A stretch of DNA of 44,915 nucleotides, taken from positions 1 to 44,915 of the forward strand of contig DATDPZ010000230.1 of the NCBI GenBank assembly GCA_035292525.1. The letters are read 5' to 3'. The notes below the pieces were generated by a model. That model saw only the letters and a program-made list of their open reading frames with translations. It searched no databases and was not told where the DNA came from. The position numbers and the translations under genes were made by a program. Shown here piece after piece: positions 36,649 through 43,932 of this stretch. This stretch comes from Chitinophagaceae bacterium (GTDB taxonomy: Bacteria; Bacteroidota; Bacteroidia; Chitinophagales; Chitinophagaceae). Position 1 is the stretch's first letter. Each line of letters begins with the position of its first letter.

Positions 36649-36678
36649 GGAGCCCTCTTTTGGGGGCTCCATTTTTTT
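36649..36678 (+). terminator. Rho-independent terminator about 100 nt after the anti-sigma gene
   Basis: GGAGCCC and GGGCTCC form a 7-bp stem with an 8-nt loop, followed by ATTTTTTT. Confidence 0.7.
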
Positions 36679-36782
36679 GTTTATCCCTTTTCTGCAATGA
36701 GTTATTTTAGCATTACTAAAACCGGTGAAGTCTATTATAATTTATTTCACTTTTCAATAAATATTTTTTGAGAAAGAAAAAA

Positions 36783-37151
36783 ATGCCCCTGTTTGTAGCA
36801 ATTACCTGGCTAATTGTTGTAACAATTTTGTTGTGCCTGCCCGGTAATGAGTTTCCTAAGATCAGCTGGCTAAATAAAATTTGGTTTGACAAATGGGTGC
36901 ACCTCGGTTTATTTTTTGCATTGACAGCAATCTGGTGCTTGTACTTTTCCGGTAAAAAAACTGAAACCGGCAAAAGAAGAAAAATTTTTACCCGGCTTGC
37001 AATACTAAGTTTTGTGTATGGAATGACAATGGAAGTAATTCAGCATTATTTTATACCATTAAGGTCTTTCGATGTTGGAGATATCCTGGCCGATGGAGCC
37101 GGTTCGCTGGGAGGATTTCTTTATTCATTAAGTAAATTTTTGAATAAATAA
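36783..37151 (+). CDS. VanZ family membrane protein
   Basis: MPLFVAITWLIVVTILLCLPG...DKWVHLGLFFALT...MEVIQ..IP.R.FD..D..AD..G. I prefer the ATG at 36783 to the TTG at 36768. Confidence 0.75.
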   Translation: MPLFVAITWLIVVTILLCLPGNEFPKISWLNKIWFDKWVHLGLFFALTAIWCLYFSGKKTETGKRRKIFTRLAILSFVYGMTMEVIQHYFIPLRSFDVGDILADGAGSLGGFLYSLSKFLNK

Positions 37152-37210
37152 ACCACGGGTAGTTCCGGGGTTTGAAGGAATTTATTCATCCTGAGAACAT
37201 ATATTTTACA

Positions 37211-38500
37211 TTATAACTTCCTTTTTATTTCTTCACTGTTCAATGGGCCCAGTTCAAATGAACTGTCCAGGCATTCCTGAAATAATTTTTCAGCAACTTT
37301 TTTTTCTCCGGTATTTTCAAGAATATATGCTGCATGCAGCAGGGCCTCTGGTTCATGAGTTTTTCCTAAAACAAATTTGTTCACCAGGTCATTGGCTTTA
37401 TTCACTTCTCCTTTTTTATAATATACCCAGGCCATCCAGTCATATGTTTCAGGAGTTGGCCGGTTGTTCACTTCTTTTTCTGCAAGGGCCAGTGCTTTAT
37501 CAAAATCCATCAATTCCTCCGCATAAATACGGATCAGGTATTTGTTGTACATATTTACATAAGCAGGGTTTTCAACAATTGAAACAAATTTTGAAATGTA
37601 ATCTTTTTTCAATTCTGCATCTCCTTCCCATTCTGCTATTTCTGCAAGAGTCAGGTAGAGATCCGGCATCTGGGTCTTAGTTAATATATATTGAAGAAGA
37701 CGTTTAGCTTCTTTACTGTTTTTGTCGTGAGAAAAAGCGATCCAGGCAATGCCTTTTAGTGCATACAGGAAAGTACTGTCAAGACGTAAAACATCCAGGT
37801 AATTTTTATATGCTTCTTCCACTCTGCCGGCATGACCGTACATATCCGCCAGGTTTGATTTTGCCCACAGGATCAGGGAACTTTTATTTGCAGATTCTGC
37901 CTTTCCCAACGCCTGTTCCATCAGCAGGATCGCCTTATCAAGATGGCCATAATGATCTTCCGACTTTGCTTTCCGGATCAGGTAGTCAAACTCGTTTATA
38001 TTTTTTACCTGGTTTAAATTGTCTTCCGCTTCACCAAAAAGCCCGATTTCCATTGCTGCGTCAAACTTTAAAAGCTTTATTACGTAAGGATTCACTCCTA
38101 TACTGTCTGCTAACTGCAAATATGCCCATGCATCCTGGAAACGATGTTGGGTAATGGCATTTTGTGCAATAGAAAAATAAATTTCGGGCTCTGTATTTTT
38201 TACTTTGGAAAGGCATCTGACATAAAAAGAATCAGCAATATGCAGATCATTTGCCTGGCCAGTTATTTTAAACCGATTTATATGATTGGATGCCAGTTCC
38301 AGCATATTCACATAGCTACCGGTATCTGCCAAAAGTCTGTTCTGCCAGAAGTCAATTTCTGAATTTGCATTTTCCAGCGGTATTTTCATTCTGTTTTCAT
38401 CAGAAAGAAAAACATTGTAGTCTTCAGGATTTGCAATTTTATTGTTGTTGCATGCACTAAAGAAAAACAGGAAACTTAAAAAAATAATAATCCGGTTCAT
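37211..38500 (-). CDS. Tetratricopeptide-repeat lipoprotein
   Basis: 429 aa with lipoprotein signal MNRIIIFLSFLFFFSAC, followed by repeated helical A/Y/L-pattern TPR-like units. Confidence 0.65.
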   Translation of the reverse strand: MNRIIIFLSFLFFFSACNNNKIANPEDYNVFLSDENRMKIPLENANSEIDFWQNRLLADTGSYVNMLELASNHINRFKITGQANDLHIADSFYVRCLSKVKNTEPEIYFSIAQNAITQHRFQDAWAYLQLADSIGVNPYVIKLLKFDAAMEIGLFGEAEDNLNQVKNINEFDYLIRKAKSEDHYGHLDKAILLMEQALGKAESANKSSLILWAKSNLADMYGHAGRVEEAYKNYLDVLRLDSTFLYALKGIAWIAFSHDKNSKEAKRLLQYILTKTQMPDLYLTLAEIAEWEGDAELKKDYISKFVSIVENPAYVNMYNKYLIRIYAEELMDFDKALALAEKEVNNRPTPETYDWMAWVYYKKGEVNKANDLVNKFVLGKTHEPEALLHAAYILENTGEKKVAEKLFQECLDSSFELGPLNSEEIKRKL

Positions 38501-38512
38501 AGCTGGTTGGTT

Positions 38513-38543
38513 TAAAAATCCGGGCTTACTAAAAAGCCCGGAT
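38513..38543 (-). terminator. Rho-independent terminator after the DUF4331 gene pair
   Basis: The minus strand reads ATCCGGGCT / AGCCCGGAT, a 9-bp stem with an 8-nt loop, followed by TTTTT. It lies between the distal DUF4331 gene and the TPR gene. Confidence 0.7.
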
Positions 38544-38560
38544 CAGAAATAATGTTTTAA

Positions 38561-39094
38561 TTAATGTGGTGAAGCCAGGAAAGGAAACACTGTAAGAAAT
38601 GTTTTATCATTTGCGTTTACATTATCCTTAGTTAATCCAGGATTAGCGCTGCCCATGGGCCCGCCGAAAATAAGCAGCAATTCCGTGTCAATTACATCAT
38701 CAGAAAGAGCCCTTCCGGTTAAAACATTAGTGCCATCAAAGAAAGTAGTTGTTCCACTCATTTTTACATTCAGCACATCAGTTACTAAAGCACCGGCAAA
38801 CGTAGCTTTATCCATACCCAATGCATTGGAAGTATACCCAAAACCGGTTAATACTGACTGGAACTGCGCATTAAAAGCTGCATTCATTTGAGAGGGAACA
38901 GTGTTGTTAAATTCGTTCTTGCGGGCAGAGCCGACAAATACTGTATTGATAGCCGGTCTGGCCATCTGATCTACCTGTGTATAAGTACCGGATGTGTCAA
39001 AAGTTTCAATGCTTGTCTTGTCTTTTTTGCAGCCTGCTGCAATCAGCATCATTGCTATTCCGGAGAAAACTATGAATTTATTTAGTGTATTCAT
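38561..39094 (-). CDS. DUF4331-like lipoprotein, corresponding to the C-terminal half of long DUF4331 proteins
   Basis: 177 aa with lipoprotein signal ...MMLIAAGC. MARPAINTVF and the C-terminal FPFLASPH match what I remember of the distal DUF4331 region. Confidence 0.6.
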   Translation of the reverse strand: MNTLNKFIVFSGIAMMLIAAGCKKDKTSIETFDTSGTYTQVDQMARPAINTVFVGSARKNEFNNTVPSQMNAAFNAQFQSVLTGFGYTSNALGMDKATFAGALVTDVLNVKMSGTTTFFDGTNVLTGRALSDDVIDTELLLIFGGPMGSANPGLTKDNVNANDKTFLTVFPFLASPH

Positions 39095-39125
39095 GATTAT
39101 GATTATTTTTTGATTAACGGTTAAT

Positions 39126-39797
39126 TTATTTCATTTTAGTTTCGGCCCATACGTTGATTGTTGCCACATTTCCCAAAAGTGCTTTAGGAATTTCAGCCAC
39201 AATTGACATCACATTAGTACCGGCAAATGCATCTACCCCGGGATTGCGAAACCCGGAGTGTGTGCCTCCAAGAATTTCTTTAAACCTGGACAGGTCAAAA
39301 AAGAAAGGATCATCACGGGGGCCAGCAAATATTTTGATGCCATTTGCATTGGTACCAATAGAAGGAGAAGAGCTATAAGCAGTAACAGATGTTTCTGTTA
39401 AGAGGCCATTGATTTTTACGGTACTAACAGTGCCAGTAGATCCGGGAGCTACCGGGCCATATGTCCTGAGTTTACCATTTTTAATAAGAAATTGAAAAAC
39501 GAGATCTTCCACATTATCTCCGGTATTGTCAATATTCAGTTCATACATCACATTGGATGGAAAAACTGCTGAGCCGGTAGCAGTTGGCGAAAGCAATCCT
39601 TGTGCATTAATAACAAATACCATTTTGCTGTTATCCCCAGGATTCTGGAATGCATAAATGTCGGTAATGTCGGTTCCAAGACTGGTACTGCCTGATCCTG
39701 TTACAGCAGGTGCATCAATATGATCAGCTGCATAAATTATGGCGCCTAGAGTAAAGACTCCGGCCAGGGCCGTCAATACGATTTTTCTTTTTGTCAT
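39126..39797 (-). CDS. DUF4331 family secreted protein, N-terminal half type
   Basis: 223 aa. The signal peptide MTKRKIVLTALAGVFTLGAIIYA is followed by ADHIDAP...DITDIYAF...GPRDDPFFFD, the characteristic DUF4331 opening motifs as I remember them. Confidence 0.7.
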   Translation of the reverse strand: MTKRKIVLTALAGVFTLGAIIYAADHIDAPAVTGSGSTSLGTDITDIYAFQNPGDNSKMVFVINAQGLLSPTATGSAVFPSNVMYELNIDNTGDNVEDLVFQFLIKNGKLRTYGPVAPGSTGTVSTVKINGLLTETSVTAYSSSPSIGTNANGIKIFAGPRDDPFFFDLSRFKEILGGTHSGFRNPGVDAFAGTNVMSIVAEIPKALLGNVATINVWAETKMK

Positions 39798-39870
39798 AAA
39801 AAAATTTTAGGTTTTAAATATTTATTGATTTGACCGTATAAGATGATATGCCTGTACGGAATGAATTGCA

Positions 39871-39901
39871 TTATATACGGCAGTTTTTCTTTTCCGGATT
39901 T
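39871..39901 (-). promoter_or_regulatory. ECF-type promoter candidate, AAATCC-N16-CGTATATAA, facing the DUF4331 operon
   Basis: The minus strand reads AAATCCGGAAAAGAAAAACTGCCGTATATAA. Both half-sites are identical to those of the plus-strand copy at 39948-39979. Confidence 0.55.
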
Positions 39902-39947
39902 ATGAATTTTTTTCCAGACAATCTTTTTATACCTGATTTAAGAAAGC

Positions 39948-39979
39948 AAATCCGGGAAAGTGGCTTCTCCCGTATATAA
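39948..39979 (+). promoter_or_regulatory. ECF-type promoter candidate, AAATCC-N17-CGTATATAA, facing the TonB-dependent receptor
   Basis: The plus strand reads AAATCCGGGAAAGTGGCTTCTCCCGTATATAA and ends 18 nt before the ATG at 39998. Confidence 0.55.
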
Positions 39980-39997
39980 CACATAACAAAACCGCTG

Positions 39998-42250
39998 ATG
40001 AAAAAAATAATTTTTTCAGTTTTACTGCTGTTTTCAATCAACCTCCCGGCACAAAAAGGAATTATTGAAGGATATATTAAAGACGGAGAAACCTCTTCGC
40101 CTTTGCCCGGCGCCAGTATACTGGTAACTACAGAACGTAAAGGAGAAAATACAGATCAGTTTGGCAAATTCAGAATTGCTGATATTATTCCGGGCAACTA
40201 TGAACTGGTAGCAACACATATTGGATATAAAACCGAAATTATACTGGTAGAAATTAAAGAAAACCTTGTGAGTACTGTTTTGGTGAATATGAAAAAAGCC
40301 AATCTCGATCTTGAAGAGATAAAACTGGAAGGCAGAAAAGATAACTTGCTAAATACTTTAAACCATATTGACATTATGCTCCGGCCGGTTAACACCTCGC
40401 AGGATGTATTACGGATAGTGCCGGGTTTATTTATAGCACAGCATGCAGGTGGCGGCAAAGCAGAACAAATTTTTTTAAGGGGATATGATATTGATCATGG
40501 TACGGATATTCAAATTACCGTTGATGATATGCCGGTGAATATGGTTAGTCATACACATGGGCAAGGCTATGCCGATCTGCATTTTCTTATTCCGGAAACT
40601 GTAGAAAAAGTAAATTTTGATAAAGGGCCCTATTTTTCAAACAAGGGAAACCAGGCCACAGCCGGGTTTGTGGAATTTCAAACCAAAGCGTTTATAAAAA
40701 ATAATACCATAAAACTGGAAACCGGCCGGTTCAATACACAAAGAGCAGTTGTTTTAGTAAAACTATTTAACAAGGAAAAAACCGGAAACCGGAAACAAAT
40801 TTACCTGGCCTCAGAATATTCCAGGTCGGACAGTTATTTTGAAAGTTCACAAGATTTTCATCGCTTTAACCTGATGGGTAAATACAATGTAATATTGAGT
40901 AAGCAGACTCAGCTGACAATTACAGCATCCTCATTTGACAGCAAATGGAATGCATCAGGACAAATACCGGAAAGAGCAGTAAAAAATAAATCGATCGGCC
41001 GTTTTGGAGCAATTGATAATAGTGAAGGGGGATATACAGGGCGAACCAATTTCAACATGCTCATTTCAAAACAATGGAAGAATGACTGGAAAAGTAATAG
41101 CCGGTTTTATTACAGCCGGTATCATTTCAAATTATTTTCAAATTTTACATTTTTTTTGAATGACCCGGTAAAAGGTGATCAGATTAAGCAAAAAGAGAAA
41201 AGAAATATTTATGGATATTCAACCCGGCTTTCAAAATCATGGTTGCCGGGCAATAAAAATACAATCAGCGAAATGGGATGGGGGTTTCGGCTGGATGATA
41301 TAAATGATATTGAACTGTCGAAATCTGTGAAAAGACTTCAACTGGAAACTTTACAAACCGGGAATGTGAATGAGATCAATATGTTTCTGTTCTGGAACCA
41401 GCAGGTAGATTTAACAGATCGTTTTACTATTAATGGTGGTATTCGCATTGATGCCTTTCAGTTTAAATACCAAAACCTGTTACTCCAGGAAAATAACATT
41501 CAACAGCAGCACAGAAACATTCTGAGTCCCAAATTAAATTTTGTTTACTCATTATCAGCTAAAGTAAAAATATATTTTAATAACGGAATAGGTTTTCATT
41601 CCAATGACACAAGGGTAATTCTGAATAACCAGGCAAATGATATTTTACCAAAAGTTTTGGGTTCAGATCTGGGTCTCATGCTGAAGCCGGCCAGTAACTT
41701 TATCATTAAAACTGCCATCTGGCAAATGTTTTCACAACAGGAATTTGTATATGTAGGTGATGAAGGAATAATAGAACCCGGTGGAAAAACAAAAAGGACC
41801 GGGTTGGATCTCTCCCTCAGATACCAGTTTTCAAAATGGCTGTTTGGAGATTTTGATCTGAATCTGACCAAAGCCAGGGCAACGGATAATGCGAAAGGAG
41901 AAAACTATGTTCCGCTTGCAGCAGCTTTAACAAGCATTGGCGGAATAACTGCCAAATCAAAAAATGGATTCAACGGTTCTTTCCGTTACCGGTTTATCAC
42001 TGACCGGCCCGCCAATGAGTTCAATACTATAAGAGCAAAAGGTTATATCATTGCAGATATACAATTATCCTATTCCAATTCTAATTTTGAATTCTCACTG
42101 TCAGCAGAAAATATATTTAACAGTAAATGGCGGGAGGCACAGTTTGAAACAAATTCCAGATTACAATACGAATCGGAGCCTGTTTCTGAAATTCATTTTA
42201 CACCAGGATCTCCCATGTTTCTGAAAGCTGCCTTTACATTGAAATTCTAA
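39998..42250 (+). CDS. TonB-dependent receptor with an N-terminal carboxypeptidase-regulatory-like domain
   Basis: 750 aa with signal peptide MKKIIFSVLLLFSINLPAQ. The CarboxypepD_reg-like segment is GYIKDGETSSPLPGASILV...GNYELVATHIGYK and the plug is LRGYDIDHGTDIQITVDDMPVNMVSHTHGQGYADL. The barrel ends in AAFTLKF. Confidence 0.9.
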   Translation: MKKIIFSVLLLFSINLPAQKGIIEGYIKDGETSSPLPGASILVTTERKGENTDQFGKFRIADIIPGNYELVATHIGYKTEIILVEIKENLVSTVLVNMKKANLDLEEIKLEGRKDNLLNTLNHIDIMLRPVNTSQDVLRIVPGLFIAQHAGGGKAEQIFLRGYDIDHGTDIQITVDDMPVNMVSHTHGQGYADLHFLIPETVEKVNFDKGPYFSNKGNQATAGFVEFQTKAFIKNNTIKLETGRFNTQRAVVLVKLFNKEKTGNRKQIYLASEYSRSDSYFESSQDFHRFNLMGKYNVILSKQTQLTITASSFDSKWNASGQIPERAVKNKSIGRFGAIDNSEGGYTGRTNFNMLISKQWKNDWKSNSRFYYSRYHFKLFSNFTFFLNDPVKGDQIKQKEKRNIYGYSTRLSKSWLPGNKNTISEMGWGFRLDDINDIELSKSVKRLQLETLQTGNVNEINMFLFWNQQVDLTDRFTINGGIRIDAFQFKYQNLLLQENNIQQQHRNILSPKLNFVYSLSAKVKIYFNNGIGFHSNDTRVILNNQANDILPKVLGSDLGLMLKPASNFIIKTAIWQMFSQQEFVYVGDEGIIEPGGKTKRTGLDLSLRYQFSKWLFGDFDLNLTKARATDNAKGENYVPLAAALTSIGGITAKSKNGFNGSFRYRFITDRPANEFNTIRAKGYIIADIQLSYSNSNFEFSLSAENIFNSKWREAQFETNSRLQYESEPVSEIHFTPGSPMFLKAAFTLKF

Positions 42251-42317
42251 TCACATATTCCTTATTTGTTTGGTAACCAGTTGCACAAAATCTACTTTCT
42301 GTTCTTAGTTATGGCAT

Positions 42318-42349
42318 AAAAAAAATTGACCCCTGTGGAAACAGGGGTC
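42318..42349 (-). terminator. Strong minus-strand rho-independent terminator about 360 nt downstream of prfA
   Basis: GACCCCTGT and ACAGGGGTC form a 9-bp stem at 42328-42349 with a 4-nt loop (GGAA on the plus strand). On the minus strand it is followed by AA and then eight T. Confidence 0.65.
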
Positions 42350-42493
42350 GCAACCAAAACTAACTGCTTATGAGAAAAATGACTGTTTTTAATAATCTTG
42401 TTCAAAAGTATAACGCAAATTTACTGCCATTAGTATGATCTGTCATGTTAATGAAAAATTAAAGCTCAGTCTTCGTATTTACTACAATAACAT

Positions 42494-42522
42494 CGGGTAA
42501 AATTTCTAAGAAATTTTACCCG
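42494..42522. repeat. Perfect 13-bp palindrome with a 3-nt centre in a gene-free region
   Basis: CGGGTAAAATTTC TAA GAAATTTTACCCG, followed by an A8 run on the plus strand. Neither strand has a T-tract after the hairpin. Confidence 0.7.
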
Positions 42523-42707
42523 GAAAAAAAAGATTCAACTAATAGAGCATCAGTAGTTAGTAACAATATCCCTTTTGTTAAAATAACAATTCTAAGACTT
42601 GAAGAAATTTAAAATTCAGTGGTATCATTAATCAATTAAACATCTTATACGACAGACTTTCATGAAAATAGCAAAAGCAGAAAGCTTTATCTTCTCTGAT
42701 TCTGCAA

Positions 42708-43772
42708 TTAATTTTGTTTTGCCAGCTTTTCAGAATTCTCGGCAAATTGTAAAGCATCAATGAATTCCTGGATATCTCCGTTCATAAAAGCAGGAAGGTT
42801 ATAGGAAGTAAGCCCGATACGATGATCGGTAACTCTTCCCTGGGGAAAATTATAAGTTCGGATCTTGGCGCTGCGGTCACCACTGCTCACCAGGCTTTTC
42901 CGGTGACGGGAAATTTCATCCTCCTGTTTTCTTACCTGCTCTTCATAAAGTTTTGTCCGAAGCATCTGCATTGCTTTTTCCCTGTTACCAAGTTGTGACC
43001 TTTCTGTTTGACAAATAATAACGGTACCTGTTGGCAGATGCGTCAGCATTACTTTTGTTTCCACTTTATTTACGTTTTGACCACCGGCACCGCCGCTTCT
43101 GGCCGTTTCCATCTTCACGTCACTTTCATTCAGTTCAAAGTCCACCTCTTCTGCTTCGGGCATGACAGCCACGGTGGCTGCCGAAGTATGTACACGTCCC
43201 GATCCCTCTGTTTCCGGTACTCTTTGAACCCGGTGTACGCCACTTTCAAATTTTAAAATACCATACACTTCATCACCGGTAACCTCCAGTTGCACTTCTT
43301 TATAGCCACCTACTGTTCCCTCGCTTTCACTGAGTATGGCTGTTTTCCATCCACGTCTTTCGCAATAACGGATATACATTCTTAATAATTCACCAGCAAA
43401 TAAACTGGCCTCATCTCCTCCTGTACCGGCCCTTATTTCAATAATAGCATTTTTATCGTCCTGAAGGTCTTTGGGAATCAGCATCTGCCGGATAACTGCT
43501 TCCATCTTTTCTTTTTTCTCTTCGGCTACCGGGGCTTCTGTTTTAGCCAGCTCCCTCATCTCTTCATCATCTCCGTTCAGCGCTTCTTTATAAAAAGCCA
43601 TATCATCCAGGAGTTTTCTGTATTCCTTATAAGCATTCACTATTTTTTCCAGGCTGCGGTATTCTTTGCTGGTAGCAACAAATTTTTTATTGTCATTTAC
43701 AATCTCAGGATTGGTCAGTGCAACACCCAATTGATCAAATCTTGCTTTTATGGCTTCTAACCTGTCTAACAT
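42708..43772 (-). CDS. prfA: Peptide chain release factor 1
   Basis: 354 aa with the RF1 tripeptide context RVQRVPETE and the GGQ motif [15 protein letters not shown]. Confidence 0.95.
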   Translation of the reverse strand: MLDRLEAIKARFDQLGVALTNPEIVNDNKKFVATSKEYRSLEKIVNAYKEYRKLLDDMAFYKEALNGDDEEMRELAKTEAPVAEEKKEKMEAVIRQMLIPKDLQDDKNAIIEIRAGTGGDEASLFAGELLRMYIRYCERRGWKTAILSESEGTVGGYKEVQLEVTGDEVYGILKFESGVHRVQRVPETEGSGRVHTSAATVAVMPEAEEVDFELNESDVKMETARSGGAGGQNVNKVETKVMLTHLPTGTVIICQTERSQLGNREKAMQMLRTKLYEEQVRKQEDEISRHRKSLVSSGDRSAKIRTYNFPQGRVTDHRIGLTSYNLPAFMNGDIQEFIDALQFAENSEKLAKQN

Positions 43773-43891
43773 TAAATTGTTTTTAGTAACCAGCTTTAAA
43801 ATGATGTCCCCTGCCCTGAAGGTCAGCCAATGGCCATCTGCTCCATTTATCTTTAAGTAATTCTCCCTTTTATCAGGGGCAGCAAAATTAA

Positions 43892-43926
43892 CGATTTGGA
43901 TTTTGTAATTTGAAATTTGACATTTG
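43892..43926. repeat. Five tandem heptamers ending in TTTG, just upstream of the amidohydrolase start codon
   Basis: CGATTTG GATTTTG TAATTTG AAATTTG ACATTTG. The array ends 6 nt before the ATG at 43933. Confidence 0.7.
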
Positions 43927-43932
43927 CCGCAA

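Noticed and set aside
36718-36741. AAAACCGGTGAAGT...TATAAT upstream of VanZ, which resembles the first 14 nt of the receptor promoter motif.
   Set aside because: There are three mismatches in the first half-site, no CGT element, and the spacing to TATAAT is about 12 nt rather than 16-17. This is not enough to call a fourth copy.
38515-38524. AAAATCCGGG, which contains the same AAATCCGGG 9-mer as the -35-like half-site, located between the distal DUF4331 gene and the TPR gene.
   Set aside because: It forms the stem of a good minus-strand terminator hairpin. No CGTWTATAA half-site lies at the correct spacing on either strand. I treat it as coincidental overlap.
39889-39960. A 13-bp long-range RNA stem (CTTTTCCGGATTT pairing with AAATCCGGGAAAG) enclosing 46 nt upstream of the TonB-dependent receptor, first considered as a riboswitch or attenuator leader, for example a cobalamin riboswitch.
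   Set aside because: The complementarity is explained by the two inverted promoter-like motif copies. I saw no B12-box or other riboswitch core. If the plus-strand motif is the promoter, most of this stem would not be transcribed with the receptor mRNA.
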